Source of the DNA: Chiloscyllium plagiosum
Taxonomy: Eukaryota
Length of the DNA: 64,000 bases
Assembly: GCF_004010195.1 (NCBI RefSeq)
Contig: NC_057749.1
Coordinates: forward strand, 7,461,416 to 7,525,415
Direction: 5' to 3'
A program made the translations under genes and the position numbers. Under the pieces are notes generated by a model. It was not told the DNA's origin and did no database searches. It saw only the letters and a program-made list of their open reading frames with translations. Positions within the stretch are counted from its first letter, which is position 1, and each line of letters opens with the position of its first letter. This document shows, piece after piece, positions 24,026 through 36,592 of this stretch.

Positions 24026-24624
24026 CTCTGCTGAAGGTGATATTCTGCCTTGGCTGAAACTCTCAATTGATTACTGCATTAAAGAGTTAAATATTAAGGG
24101 CACTAGCTAGTAGACATTGTGGACAACCCAGCTTCTTTGGATTGAAACTCAAGCCACACCCAATTAAAATTGCTAAAACAAAAGCTTTTCTACCCTGTTC
24201 CAGGCGCTGTCTCCCATTAAGGTGCAAGCTGGTATATTTTAGAACACTCTTTTCTCCCAATCAGGGAAAACACTTCACAAGTACTTAAATATAAGCGTCC
24301 CAGTTTTTTTGACACATACAGTAAAGTGTGTGCAGGATTATCCCCTACTCACCACTCCTGTGGACAGATTTGTTAAAATTTAAATGTTTAATGTCAGCAA
24401 TGAATAGCACCTCATTTTTGGATTTGGTAAATGAAATCAAACCAGTTCAAAAATTGTAATCAGACTGTCCACAAACAATCCGAAAGGCAGCTTGGAAAAA
24501 CTCAATCCCAGAGGAATATTGCTCCAAACCAGGTATTATTAATGGATTAAAATCAGGATGGACAGTGAAAGATTGTAGCAACTTGGTGCAGGATCAGAGT
24601 ATGAGTGATCACCCATTTATGACA

Positions 24625-24815
24625 GATAGGAGGAGAAAGTTCTGCTCTCAAAGTTGTGAATCTGTGGAATTCTTCTCCACAGAGGTTGTTTAGTGTAGTC
24701 AAGGCTGGGACAGACAGTAAAGGAATCGAGGGTGATGGGAAAAGATAATAAAGTGGAGTTAGGGATCATCAGAGCAGACGTGATCTCAATGAATGGCCTC
24801 CTACTGGTCCTATGG
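24625..24815 (+). mobile_element. CR1 3' fragment, degenerate
   Basis: gttgtgaatctgtggaattct (VVNLWNS) followed by a tail. Confidence 0.65.
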
Positions 24816-24904
24816 TGTTAAGATCAAGTGACTCCATTCTTATCTTGATTCAGGAGATCACAGACCCAAACTCCAATCCAGGAGTTAAACCACCCAATGA
24901 GTGC

Positions 24905-25003
24905 TGATTAGTGGTGCTGGAAAAGCACAGCAGGTCAGGCAGCATCCAAGGAGCAGGAATATCGACATTTCGAGCAAAAGCCCTTCATCAGGAATAATTC
25001 CTG
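24905..25003 (-). mobile_element. PLE family A arm with the start of a fold-back
   Basis: gcccttcatcaggaat-a-attcctga. Confidence 0.8.
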
Positions 25004-25364
25004 AGTTTGTTCCAAGTTTCCACCCTTGCTCCTCAACAACACTGACCACACTCGTTAGAGTAGTCAGGGTCATGCTCTGGAATGTCTTTTCCGATTTTAA
25101 TGTCTGTGGAACCTCAAAGACAGAGATAAAGAAAGAGATAGAGAGAGAAAAAAGACAGAGATAGAGTGTGTAATATATAGAGATAGAGACATATCTGCAG
25201 AGATAGATTTATAATATATTTATACATATGAAATCTGATTTGCAGTATTGTATCTAAGGAAGGATGTACTAGCACTGGAGGGTGTCCAGAGGAGGTTCAC
25301 AAAAATGATTCTGCGAATGAAGGGCTTGTCAGTGAGGACTCTGGGCCTGTACTCAAAGAGTTTA

Positions 25365-26812
25365 TTGATTATTTATTTTGATTTGATTTATTTACTATCG
25401 CGTGTATCTTGTTGCAAAATACAGCGAATAGTGTTGTGTCGTGTCACCACTCTTCAGCACCATCTTAAAGAACAGAAAAATAAACTTTACTGTCCTTCAT
25501 GTTAAGTGCTCCAGGCATAGGCCTTGGGCCTGGAGGACAGGCACGAGTCCCCATTGCCGATGCTGGATCAACAGTTGCTGCTCTGCGACGCCATCTTGTC
25601 TCCACAGACCCACCCCACTCACTGCTATGAGAGTTGTTTGGACCTCGCTAATTCAGATGCTGCAAAGGCCACTGGGTAACAAACCGGCCCAAACTCAACT
25701 CTGCCACTGCCAAGAGTCCACTTCGGGTCCGCTTCATCGATGCAGCCACTGCCGATGTCTCCAGATCTCGTACTGGGCCCAAACTCATCTGTGCCCCCTT
25801 CTCCAGGAATCTCCACTGGATGGCTGCTGGCAACCCAAACTCACCTTCGTCACTGCCACAAGTCCACGCCACACTCCCTCGAGTCTGTGCTGCACTCCCT
25901 CAAGTCTGTGCTGTGCTCCCTCGAGTCTGTGCTGTGCTCCCTCGAGTCTGTGCTGTGCTCCCTCGGGTCTGCGCTATGCTCCCTCGGGTCTGCGCTGTGC
26001 TCCCTCGGGTCTGCGCTGTGCTCCCTCGGGTTTGTGCTGTGCTCCCTCGAGTTTGCATTGTGCTCCCTCGGGTCTGCGCTGTGCTCCCTCAAGTCCACAC
26101 TACGCTCCCTTCAGTCTGAGCTGCGCTCCCTCAAGTCCACACAACATTCCCTCGGGTCTGCGCTGTGCTCCCTCAAGTCTGCGCTACGTTCTCGAGTCTG
26201 CAGTAAGTTCTCTCGAGTCTGTGCTGCAATCCCTCAAGTCTGCGCTGCGCTCCCTCAAGTTTGCACTGCATTCCCTCAAGTCTGCGCTACATACTCTCAA
26301 ATCTCCGCTGCGTTCTTTCAAGTCTGCATTGCATTCCCTCAAGTCCATGCTGGGCCTCCTCGAGTTTGCATTGGGCTCCATCAAGTCCATGCTATGCTCC
26401 CTTGAGATCGTGCTGGGCTCTCTCAAGTTCATGTTGAGCTCCATCGAGTCCCCACTGGGCTCACCTGAGTCCATGCTACAGTCCCTCGGGTCTCTCGAGT
26501 TGGCATTGGGTCCCCTCGAGTTCGCGTTGTGCCCCATCGAGTTCGTGTTGGGCTCCCTCGAGTTTGCATTAGGCTCTTTTGAGTCTGCGCTGGGCTCCCT
26601 CACCACCACTGAGGTGAGTGTTGAAGATGACTTTTGGTTCCCAGCAGCTTCTGTATCCAGTAGAGATTTCTGGAGGCAGGGGCACAGATGAGTTTGGGCC
26701 CACTCTTCAACAAGAGGTAAGTAAAATAAATGAGAAAAGAAAGAAAACATAAGAAAAGAAAAAAAAAAGAAAGTGGATGGAGCCAATGAGCCTCAGATTC
26801 CACCACCGTTTT
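25365..26812 (-). mobile_element. Probable non-autonomous retroposon with a Rex-like (aaatc)n tail and an internal minisatellite
   Basis: Interrupts a CR1; tttgatttgatttatt...gtatctt end resembles the reverse complement of the tails at 6860-6895 and 30790-30840. Confidence 0.5.
25870..26602. repeat. 21-bp minisatellite (ctccctcgagtctgcgctgtg-like), roughly 34 units
   Basis: Visible period of 21; gives heptad peptide repeats in several frames on both strands. Confidence 0.92.
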
Positions 26813-27199
26813 ACTGGGAAAAGTTGAAAAGGGTAAAGGGGGAACCTAATTAAAATGTGCAGAATACTGAGAGGCCTGGCTGTGGACAGAGTGAACGTGG
26901 AGAAAGTGTTTCCACTATTAAGACAGACCAGGACCAGAGGGCTTTCGAGTGAAGGGACGACCCTTTAGAACTGAGACGAGGAGGAATTTCTTCATTCAGA
27001 GGGTGGGGAATCTGTGGAGCTCACTGAGTGCAGGGGACCATGGAGGTAAAGTCAGTGGTTTTAAGATTGTTTTTTGATTGGTATAGGGATCAAAGGCAGG
27101 AGAAAGAGGTTGAGAAACACATCAGATGAGATTGAATAGCGGAACAGGTTCGATGGGCCGAATGGCCGATTTCTGCTCCTGCATGTTATGGTCTAATAT

Positions 27200-27450
27200 A
27201 GATATACACATATCTTGGGAGACGACGGAGACGTATATATGCATGAAAGAGAGAGGGAGAAAGATAAAGACTATGCGACATTGAGCAAAATAGAGACAGA
27301 TAGAGAAAGACAGAGAAAAAGAGAAGATAGGGTGACAGAAAAAGAGAGAGACAGAAACAAATATTGGTAAGAGGTTGGAGGGTGAAGTTAGAGAGAAAGA
27401 GATATTGTGATAGAGGGATAGGGAAAGAGACAGAGTCAGACTGACACATA
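27200..27450. repeat. Purine-rich (GA-type) low-complexity tract
   Basis: gagagacagatagagaaagacagag... Confidence 0.7.
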
Positions 27451-27459
27451 CACACAAAT

Positions 27460-28570
27460 AGGACATTCTATCCATCACCTTCAACATTCCTTCCCTCCAA
27501 TGCTGAAATACAGGGGAGCAATGCATATTGTCTACATGACGCACTGCAGTAACTCACCAGGGCTCCTGCCATAGCACCTTCCAAATCTGTGAGCTCTGCA
27601 TCTTGATGGACAAAGGCAGCAGACGCATAGGAATACCGCTAGCTGCAGATTCCCCTTCAAATGGCACACCGTCTTGACCTGGAACTGCAGTTATGACCCC
27701 ACTAGGAAGTGTTCCCAGAGAATGTCAGAGGACGTGATTGACACAAACAGCAAAAAAGAGAGGCCAGCTGTGCAGGCGTATTATGCAACACATGCACAGT
27801 TTGCACATTTACTGCCAGAAACCCAGGGATTAGGAAACATTGGCATCATAGCATATGAAGAGATCCACATTACAGACCTAGAAAGCCTAGGGCAGCCAAT
27901 ACATCGGAATACCAAAACTGCAAGTTCCCACATGAGCCACTCACCATCCTGACTTTGATTAGATTCCCTACAGCGTGGAAACAGGCCCTTTGGCCCGACA
28001 AGTCCACACCAACCTTCAAAGCACAACCTACCCAGACCTATTTCCCTCTGACTAATGCACCTAACACTCTGGGCAATTTAATGTGGCCAATTCACCTAAC
28101 CTACATATCTTTGGGCTGAGAGGAAACTGGAGCACCCAGAGAAATCCGCCAGGGGAGAATGTGTAAACTCCTTACAAACAGTTGCCTAATTTAACCCGGG
28201 TCCTTGTCGCTGTGACTTGCTGCCCTGACTTGGAATTATATTGCTGTTCCTTCAGCGTTGTCAGGTCAAAATCCTCCTTAAGGGCACTGTGGGTCTACCT
28301 ACAGCACCAGGACTGCAGCGGTTTAAGAAGGCAGCTCACTCACCACCTTCTCAGAGGCAACTAGGGACGGGCAATAAGCGCTGATCTGGACAGTGAAGCC
28401 CACATCCCATGAGTCAATAAAGAAATGATAAGTCTTGCTCAGAGACACACTATGGGTGCACCTACACCACACGGATTGCAGTGGTTCAAGGCAACATCTC
28501 ACCATCTATCCCACAATCATCAGGGCAACGAGATACTGCCCTTGCTGGAGATGCCCACATTCCACGCAGG
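27460..28570 (+). mobile_element. Cluster of decayed CR1/L2-group LINE 3' ends, interrupted by an HE1-like SINE
   Basis: cactgcagtaactcaccagggctcct...gcaccttccaaa; repeated tail cctacagcaccaggactgcagcggtttaagaaggcagctca. Confidence 0.55.
27955..28215 (-). mobile_element. HE1/V-SINE-like SINE
   Basis: gattagattccctacagcgtggaaacaggccc tail plus core. Confidence 0.85.
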
Positions 28571-29009
28571 AATAAATAAAAGTAAATAATTCAAGGGATT
28601 ATAAATTATAGAACAAGAATGCCCATTAAGCAAAGGGGTCTGAATGAATTTTACATAGTTGTACAAAAGTGCTATCCCTGGAGTGTACTTGTTAAAACGT
28701 GTGCACATACAGCCCGGCAGTCAGTGACATGGTAGACACACTACTCAATTTGTTTTAGAGGCCAGAGAAATGTCAGGTTCGGTCCCTAGCCTGTAACTGA
28801 GCTAATTACAGAAGGGCCAGTGGGGTAGAACAAAGGCAATTGGGAGTCCCAGCTTTGCGATATCTAACTGGCTAACGCCTCCTGCAAAGCCGCAGACTGA
28901 GGAACAATCGGGTAGAGGTTTTGAGGCTCTGTCCCTTACTATCCAACACAAACTTATATTCCTATGGCACCTTGCATGTTGTGAAAGCTCTTCACGGGGG
29001 ACCACACGA

Positions 29010-29450
29010 GCAGAAATAATGGGTCAGCTGAGCAAAGGCTGGCCAAAGAGGTGGGCTTTAAGGAGTCTGTCCTTGAGGAAGAAGGCAAGGTGGAGGGGCA
29101 AAAGGGTAGTTCAGCCTGAGGCAAATGAAAGTACAGCAACTAGCGGTGAAGGGCCTATTACTAGGAATGCACAACAGGCCAGAATGAGATGAGAGCAGAT
29201 ATTTCAGAGGGTTATGAAGCTGGAGGGGATTGCAGAGTTAGGGAGGGACGAGAAAAGGAGAATTTTTAAATTGTGCCTTCGCTCGACCGGGAAACAGTAG
29301 GTCAGCAAGTACTGGGGTGATTTGGAGCTGGTCTGGCTGCAAGATAAGACACAGGCAGCAGAGTTTCGGACAGCCTCAGGATAAAATGTGAGAGAGAAGC
29401 CAGGAATGCACTGAACTTTTTGGGTCTAGTCGTAACAAAGACATGATTGA
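29010..29450 (-). mobile_element. Degenerate L2-like fragment
   Basis: Reverse-complement similarity to 5230-5392 and 37225-37450 (tttttaaatt...gaccgggaa region). Confidence 0.45.
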
Positions 29451-29814
29451 GGAATAATTTTCAGGTTTTCACTGGAAGGTATGGAGCAGGAACCAGCAAA
29501 TGATCATTTGTACTGTCACAGAAAATTGAAGCTGGGTTGATGAATTAAAGGACTTAAAAATATCCATCAGGGTTTATAATGAAAGAGCTGCCAGTTGCCA
29601 ATATCACAACATTTGGGATGGACAAGCTCAGGAAACTGCGATCGATGGTTCTTATCTTCAAGCTACATCTATGGTTAAAATGCCTGTTATATCGAAGAGT
29701 ATAGCTCAAGGTAAAACAGCACAGGGTTTCATCAATGCGAACATTATAGATTGATTGGAGAGTCTGTAACCATATAAAATAATTGGGAAAAGAACCAGGG
29801 GGGGAGAAGAAGAG

Positions 29815-30097
29815 CAATATTTTTAAACAGCGAGTTGCCGTGATCTCGAAAGCACTGCCTGAGAGGGTGGTGGAGGCAGATTCAATTAGTGATGTTTGAA
29901 AGGGAACTGCAGAAGTCTGCGAAATGGAAACATATGGTGGGAAAGAGCAGGGTAGTGGGGGGGGAAAAGCAGGGGAATGGGGGTAAGAGCAGGGTTGTGA
30001 GAAAGGGCAGTGGAGATCACAGAATTTTTCAAAGACCCAGTGCAGACAGAATGGTCCCAAGGAGATCTTTTTTTTTTTAGAATGTATCACTCTATGA
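29815..30097 (+). mobile_element. CR1 3' end, degenerate
   Basis: gcactgcctgagagggtggtggaggcagattca (ALPERVVEADS). Confidence 0.7.
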
Positions 30098-30239
30098 TTT
30101 ATGTCAGACAGACGTGAAGTTATCCAAATCTGATTTTGAGAAATGGGGTGAGCAGCCCTCACTCTGCCTCAGCTCCTCACTGTTTGCTGCACTAATTCAG
30201 GCCCATAGGCTCCAAAGACATGCGGACAGCAGGATGATA

Positions 30240-30590
30240 CCGGGACGTGATCACCAACTCCTCGCCGCCCTGGCATCCTAGATGTTTCATCATATGACCT
30301 GCCACCTCCATCGTCCCTGTTCCCATACATTGGTCATCATTTATACATATGCGTTTTCAGGTACTGCACGTTTTCAGCGGTTTGTCAGCCCGATTATAAA
30401 TACTATACTGTACTGTAATTGCATTATTATTACTGCATTCTTATATTTAAGATGTTTTAGCTAAAATATATAGAATATACTAAGACAAATAATTGACTAA
30501 TTGATGCTAGATGTGAACCATACATAATTGTTCCGACTTATAAATTCGACTTACAAACTGACTTGTTTGTAACCCGGGGACTTCCTGCAC
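30240..30590 (+). mobile_element. Tigger-like DNA transposon end fragment
   Basis: Ends gtaacccggggacttcctgca (Tigger-type TIR); internal ccgactta/tcgactta repeats. Confidence 0.5.
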
Positions 30591-30700
30591 TGCAGATCCT
30601 GGAATCTGTACTGAAAACAAAAACTGCTGGAGGTCACAGCGGGTCAGGCAGCATCCACAGGACAGAGAGCAACGTTTCAAATCCAGATGACTCCCTCTCA
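30591..30700 (-). mobile_element. PLE-type arm
   Basis: tgcagatcctggaatc...gctggaggtcacagcgggtcaggcagcatcc...aacgtttc. Confidence 0.65.
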
Positions 30701-30789
30701 CCCAACTTCATTTACATTCTTTTATTAGCCAACAAACTTTTTATTTTCCCAATTATAAATACTTCTACAATCAACAAATCGTCATTCTT

Positions 30790-31035
30790 TCTTTTGATTC
30801 GATTTGATTTATTATTGTCACATGTACCTAGGTACAGCGAAAAGTATGGTTTTGCTTGCAGTACACGTAGATCATATCCTACAAAATGCATTTGGGTAAT
30901 AGAACAGAGTGAGGGATACAACACTACGACTGCAGAGAAGGTGCACAAAGAGTGAGATCAAAATTAAATTTGAAATTTGAGAGGTCCATTCAGAAGTCGA
31001 ATAACAGTAGGGAAGAAACCGTCTTGAATCTATGC
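30790..31035 (-). mobile_element. Rex/Babar-like 3' tail
   Basis: Reverse complement of the 6480-6895-type tail (tttgatttattattgtcacatgtacc). Confidence 0.65.
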
Positions 31036-31054
31036 CAGACTAGCAGGAAATATG

Positions 31055-31230
31055 TTTTTTTTTAATTAATTCACTGGATATAGGTAATGCTGGCTGGGCC
31101 AGCATTTATTGTCTAGGGATATAAGAGTCAAACACGTCACTGTGGGTCTGGAGTCACATGTCAGCCAGACCAAGTAAGAGTGGCACTTTCCTTCCCGAAA
31201 ACTGACAACAGTTTCAGGGCCATCACAATC
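31055..31230 (-). mobile_element. tRNA-SINE of the 22081 family, split by CR1 (remainder at about 32465-32560)
   Basis: ggccagcatttattg...gtgggtctggagtcacatgt. Confidence 0.65.
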
Positions 31231-32462
31231 CTTGTGAGGTTGTGCCTCACAAACCTTATTGAGTTCTTTGAGATGGTGACCAAACAGGTGGATGAGGGTA
31301 AAGCGGTTGATGTGGTGTATATGGATTTTGGTAAGGCGTTTGATGAGGGCCCCCATAGTAGGCTATTGCAGAAAATGAAGAGGCATGGGATTGAGGGCAA
31401 TTTAGCGGTTTGGATCAGAAATTGGCTAGCTGAAAGAAGACAGAAGGTGGTGTTGATGGGAAATTTTCATCCTGGAGTTCAGTTACTAGTGATGTACTGC
31501 AAGGATCTGTTTTGGGGCCACTGCTGTTTGTCATTTTTATAAATAACTTGGATGAGAGCACAGGAGGGTGAGTTAGTAAATTTACGGATGACACCAAATA
31601 TGGTGGAGTTGTGGATTGTGCTGAAGGATTTTGCAAGTCACAGAGGGACATAGATAAGCTGCAAAGCTGGGCTGAGAGGTGGCAAATGGAGTTTAATGTG
31701 GAAAAGTATGAGGTGATTCACCTTGGAAGGAATACAGAGTTTTGGGCTAATGGTAGGATTCTTACTAGTATGGATGAGCAGAGAGATCTCGGTGTCTATG
31801 TATATAGATCCCTGAAAGTTGCCACCCAGATTGATAGGGTTGTTAAGAAGCCGTATGGTGTGTCAGATTTTATTGGTAGAGAGACTGAGTTTCAGAGCCA
31901 TGAAGTCATGTTGCAGCTGTACAAAACTATGGTGCGGCCGCACTTGGAGTATTGCATATAGTTCTGTTTGCCACATTATAGGAAGGATGTGGAAGCATTG
32001 GAAAGGGTGCAGAGAAGATTTACTAGGATGTTGCCTGGTATGGAGGGAAGGTCTTAAAAGGAAAGGCTGAGGAACTTGAAGCTGTTTTCATTAGAGAGAA
32101 GAAGGTTAAGAGGTGACTTAATAGAGACATACAAGATGATCAGAGAATTAGATAGAGTGGACAGTGAGAGCCTTTTTCCTCAGATGGCGATGGCTAGCAC
32201 GAGTGGACATAGCTTTAAATTGAAGAGTGATAGATATAGGACAGATGTCAGCGGTAGGTTCTATACTCAGAGAGTAGTAAGAGTGTGGAATGCTCTGGCT
32301 GCAACAGTAGTAAACTCACCAATTTAAGTGCATTTAAATGATCACTGGATAAACACATGGATGATAATGGAATAGTGTAGGTTAGATAGGCTTCAGATTG
32401 ATTTCACTGGTTGGCGCAACATTAAGGGCCAAAGGGCTTGTACTGCGCTGTAATGTTCTATC
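31231..32462 (+). mobile_element. CR1 LINE, 1.2-kb RT/3' fragment with frameshifts
   Basis: CLTNLIEFFE...VDVVYMDFGKAFD; SKFTDDTK; VRPHLEYC; RLRGDLIETYKM. Confidence 0.95.
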
Positions 32463-32759
32463 TATTTATCATTAGCCTCTTAACTCACAACTTTTAATGG
32501 ATTCAAATTTCAATCACCTGCCATGAAATCAGGTCCCCAAAACATTAATATTCTAACGACAATGCATTTCCATGGTAAATTATGGGGTTTATAGTGTGTG
32601 AGTTTGAAGAATCATCCACATTTGGTTCACACCGCTCTGCTCTCTGACTGTCCGGCAAACTGGATAGGGCCTTTTGGCTCATCCACCATTCTCAGTCCTT
32701 GTATACAGTAGAAGGGGTAACATTTACATAACTCACCAGTCGAGGCTGATGGGCACTTA

Positions 32760-33210
32760 CAGTCAGAGCTGCATAACATGGAAACAGACCCTTCAGTCCA
32801 ACTTGTCCATGCTGACCAGATATCCTAAATTAATCTCATCCTAGTTACCAGCATTTGGCCTGTATCCCTCTAAAACGTTCTTATTCACCTTCTCATCCAG
32901 ATGCCTTTTCAATGTTACTAGCCTCCACCACTTCCTCTGGTAGCTCGTTCCCTACACGCACCACCCTCTGCATGAAAAAGTGCCCCTTAGGTCCCTTTTA
33001 AATCATTCCCCTCTCACCTTATACCTAAGGTGAGTTTTGGACTCCCCCCACCACAGAGAAAAGACCTTGACTATACACCCTATCCGTGCTCCTCATGATT
33101 TTACAAACCTTGATAAGGTCACCCCTCAGCCTCTGATGCTCCAGGGAAAATAGTCCCAGCATATTTAGCCTCTCCCTAAAGCTCAAACCCTCCAACCTTA
33201 GCAACATCCT
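32760..33210 (-). mobile_element. CR1 LINE 3' fragment
   Basis: LGLFSLEHQRLRGDLIKVCKIM. Confidence 0.9.
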
Positions 33211-34389
33211 TCGCTTCAGTGATGCAGAACTGCCAAGTGAAATCGCAGGCACAGCCACTGGCATGCAGTACACCAGCTTCCAATGACACTAAATGGTTCG
33301 AAAAATAAGAAAGAAGACACAATTGCTTCAATACCATCAGAACGATGATTCTTACGGATTACCTAATTTGGGACCGGGAAATTAATTGTGAATTCTGAAG
33401 CAATCCATTAACAATGAATGTGACAGTGCGACTTGTTGCTGTGTTCAAGATGAGGTAAGTACAACCCAAGGGTTAGTTAGTGTATAAGCAGGATTTGTGG
33501 GTCTTTTCAAACATTGTTTTGTTCCTGCTGGGAATTCAAAACCTTAGCCAGCTGAATGATGCATTGACATGAGAAGCATAGACTCCTCTGGCAGCATAAC
33601 TGGCTGCGAGCGTTTGAAAATGGGCATTCTTGCATTTGTCCTGATGCATGCAATATGGAAAGCTTCAGCAACAAGTCCCTCTTTTCAGCAAATGCCGTAC
33701 TAGCGAGGGACAGAATGATAGATACTTTAGATAAATCAGAGATGCTGAGTTATGAAAGACAAAACAGGCTTTAAAAAGAAAAATGAAATTTGATACCCTA
33801 TTCAAGTTTAGATGTTTCCAAGCAGTCCATTGAAAAATCAAATTGTCCAAGTCGAGAAAAAATCAGGAGGATTTCATGCCAACACTGTTAAATGAGCCAG
33901 TTATGCCACACACAGTACTTACTACACATCTGATAAGGTGCATTTTTTTTTTCTGCCTTCCAAAGGCACTTGAGAAGCGAACAAAAGCATGCATGTCAAA
34001 TAGTGCTTCTGGGCTTCCAGCATTGATACGCACACTTCAGAAAGCTAGACATTACTCAAAGTCAAGTTCGAACTGGAGCATGATGGTTCTTTGACCTTTT
34101 CAAAAAGTGAACAGGGCATTTGAGAGATGTACATTTCACAGAGGATCATTAGAGTTGGCATCGGTGCACATTCAAACAACTCCAGAACTTGGGAGTCTTA
34201 ATAACTGTGTCAGGATTGTTTTAGTGGAGAGTGAAAAATCATTGTTAGGAGGAATAAACATTGTGGCTTTATCAGGTTTGACAGCCCATTCTGAAAACAC
34301 AAGCCTGGACTTTGGCTCCGGAGAAAATTTCAGTGGGGAAATTTGCGATTCTCAATCTGACGTGGTTGTGAGGGTTGGTTTTTTTTTAA

Positions 34390-34660
34390 ATTATGGGATG
34401 TGGGTGTCACTGGCTGGCCAGGGTTTTTATTGCCCCTCTATAATTTCCCTTGAGAAAATGGTGGTAAAGGTGCCTTCATGATCTGCTACAGTCCATGTTG
34501 TGTCAGAAGACACCCTGTGCTATAAGGGAGGGAATTCCAGAATGTTGACCTAGTGACAGTGAAGAAACAGTGGTATACCTCCAAGTCAGGATGGTGAGTG
34601 GCTTGGAGAGGAACTTGCAGGTGGTGGTATTCCCATGTATCTACTGCCTTAGTCTTTCCA
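34390..34660 (-). mobile_element. LINE 3' tail of the 27460-28570 type
   Basis: gggatgtgggtgtcactggctggccag...tccaagtcaggatggtg. Confidence 0.65.
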
Positions 34661-36412
34661 CTTTTTTTTCAACTCAAAGAGAAGAGAACTTCAGGTTAGG
34701 ACACTCATCATGATCTTTGAGGGATAGCTCACCTCAGTTCTACTCAAGTTGTTGGCCCTCTGCCCTTCGATCTCCACCTATCCTACATACCCTCCATGAT
34801 GTTTCATACCCTCTGCCCATCAATGCCACCCACCTATATGGCCTCTCATATTATCCATGCTATCTTCATGGTCCTACATCTAGGATCAACCAGGGGTAGA
34901 CCTCAGGAGTCATCTAAAATAGCTTTCACTCCTTGATGGTATAAAAACTCCATTTAAGTCTCTCAAATGGTAATCTCTTAAAAAAGGAATCAGATTCTAT
35001 TCAAAGCTATGTCAAAGGCAATTAATACTTTAAAAGCCCCTTTAAGTTGCCAATGACACAGTGAATTCTGAACCCGCTGCTAAAATAAGTGAGTGTTTGA
35101 AATTTAGCCAAGCATTCATAATAATGTAACAAAAACCCTTGAGCAAATATGTCAATAAGAGCTGCATTAAAACTGAATAACCAGATATTATTTCTATTCT
35201 TAAACTCCTAAGCCTGTCAATCAACTCAATCCAGCAGAGGGAATTTTTAAAAACCTCTCAATGACAGCTTTAGCCTTTTTTTTAAGTTTAAAGGGCAAGG
35301 ATTTTTTTAAAACTACTTCAGAGTACTACACTTTTGATAATGTTCATGAGCCAATGTTAGCCCAAGATGAAGCTATTTGCACAGTCCTGGATATTTTCTC
35401 ATCAACTTGTTCAGTGTTGTTACTTCACTTCCAACCCAGGCCTCCTGACTCAGGAGGTGTAGACACTAACACTCTGCCACAAACAACAATTGGCATCGAC
35501 AAACTCAGGACAGTTTCTCTCCCCAATACTACACAGCTATCCTTTCCATTTAACCGTCAGTGATGCTTTCATTTCCAACTTGTTTTCAGGAGCATGTGTT
35601 CTGTGGTTCACTGGAATGCAAAGGAGTGAAAGAGAATATCATCATCAAAATATTTCAAAGCGTTATATTCAGCAGTTCAGTTGTACGCATTATAGAACCA
35701 AAGCCTCACTCCAGGTTAATCTGTCTCCAATTGATGATCTCATTGATACGAGGTCAGATACTGATTGTTAAATTATAAGCTTAAACAGGTATGAAACATT
35801 GGTAATAAAAGGGCCATCTATTAATGCCCAAACTGCATCATTGCAAGCTGGACTCTTGGTCAGTGATGAATATATGCAGATGCTAGTTTTCACTGCATCT
35901 GGTGTCGAAAGGAAAATGAACAGGAATTCATTTCTATGTAAATTAAACAAACTGCTAACAATCCTTGCTGCCAAGATTAAACCTATTGGAATCAATTGAA
36001 CTTTATAGCAAATCCTATTTCAATTAAAACGTTGCAATTAGTCTAACACGAGTCAAAAGATATGGATGAATATTCATTCATTTATTAACGTTTTCCAGGC
36101 TTTGAATTGGGATCAGAGAGTCATTAGAATGTTGGAGGAGATTAAAAGGAGGAAAATAAAAAGAGATGTTGCTGCTGTTCCAAAAATGAAAGAAGACACG
36201 AGACTGGGGGATGGGATTGGAATGAGGAATTCAGATGGCAAGCTAAATAAGAATGAAGATTTTGCAGCTATTTTGCACTGAAATGTATGTTACTGTAAAG
36301 AAGACTTGTTGCTGATGATATTTTGTCTCGCACTTATCAAGACAAAAGTGAGAATGCCAACAGTTCGAGCAATTTATGCCACAGGACAAAAAGGAGTTCG
36401 ATACATAACAAG

Positions 36413-36592
36413 GCGAAAGTGAGGACTAGAGATTAGAATTGAGAGTGTGGTGCTGAAAAAGCACAGCAGGTCACGCAGTATCTGAGGAGCATGAATTCCC
36501 GATGAAGGGCTTTTGCCTGAAATGTCGATTCTCTTGCTCCTCAGATGCTGCCTGACCTGCTGTGTTTTTCCAGCACTACACTCTCAACTCTT
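36413..36592. mobile_element. Palindromic PLE family A module nested in a family E element (36310-36745)
   Basis: TSD gatacataa(c/t)aag at 36400-36412 and 36593-36605. Confidence 0.85.

Larger units (their letters stand above)
25248..27190 (+). mobile_element. CR1 3' fragment split by a 1.45-kb insertion (parts 25248-25362 and 26813-27190)
   Basis: YLRKDVLALEGVQRRFTKMI at left; FFIQRVGNLWSSL and tail at right. Confidence 0.75.

Noticed and set aside
25870..26602. CRISPR-like array
   Set aside because: Contiguous tandem units without unique spacers, no cas genes, and a eukaryotic context.
25441..26691. 416-aa ORF with leucine-zipper-like heptads (LESVLCS/LKSALRS)
   Set aside because: By-product of a stop-poor 21-bp minisatellite that is open in several frames on both strands; GTG start and no recognisable domain.
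29554..30162. 202-aa minus-strand ORF
   Set aside because: Half is antisense to a CR1 tail; no domain or splice support.
33220..33460. Possible exon ending at a strong donor GAG|GTAAGT (33454/33455)
   Set aside because: All three frames from the nearest plausible acceptor contain stops and there is no partner exon; a non-coding exon cannot be excluded.
35590..35714. ADAM cysteine-rich-like peptide (VFCGSLEC)
   Set aside because: Similarity is limited to a few residues and no other ADAM-like exons occur in 64 kb; kept only as a weak note in the findings.
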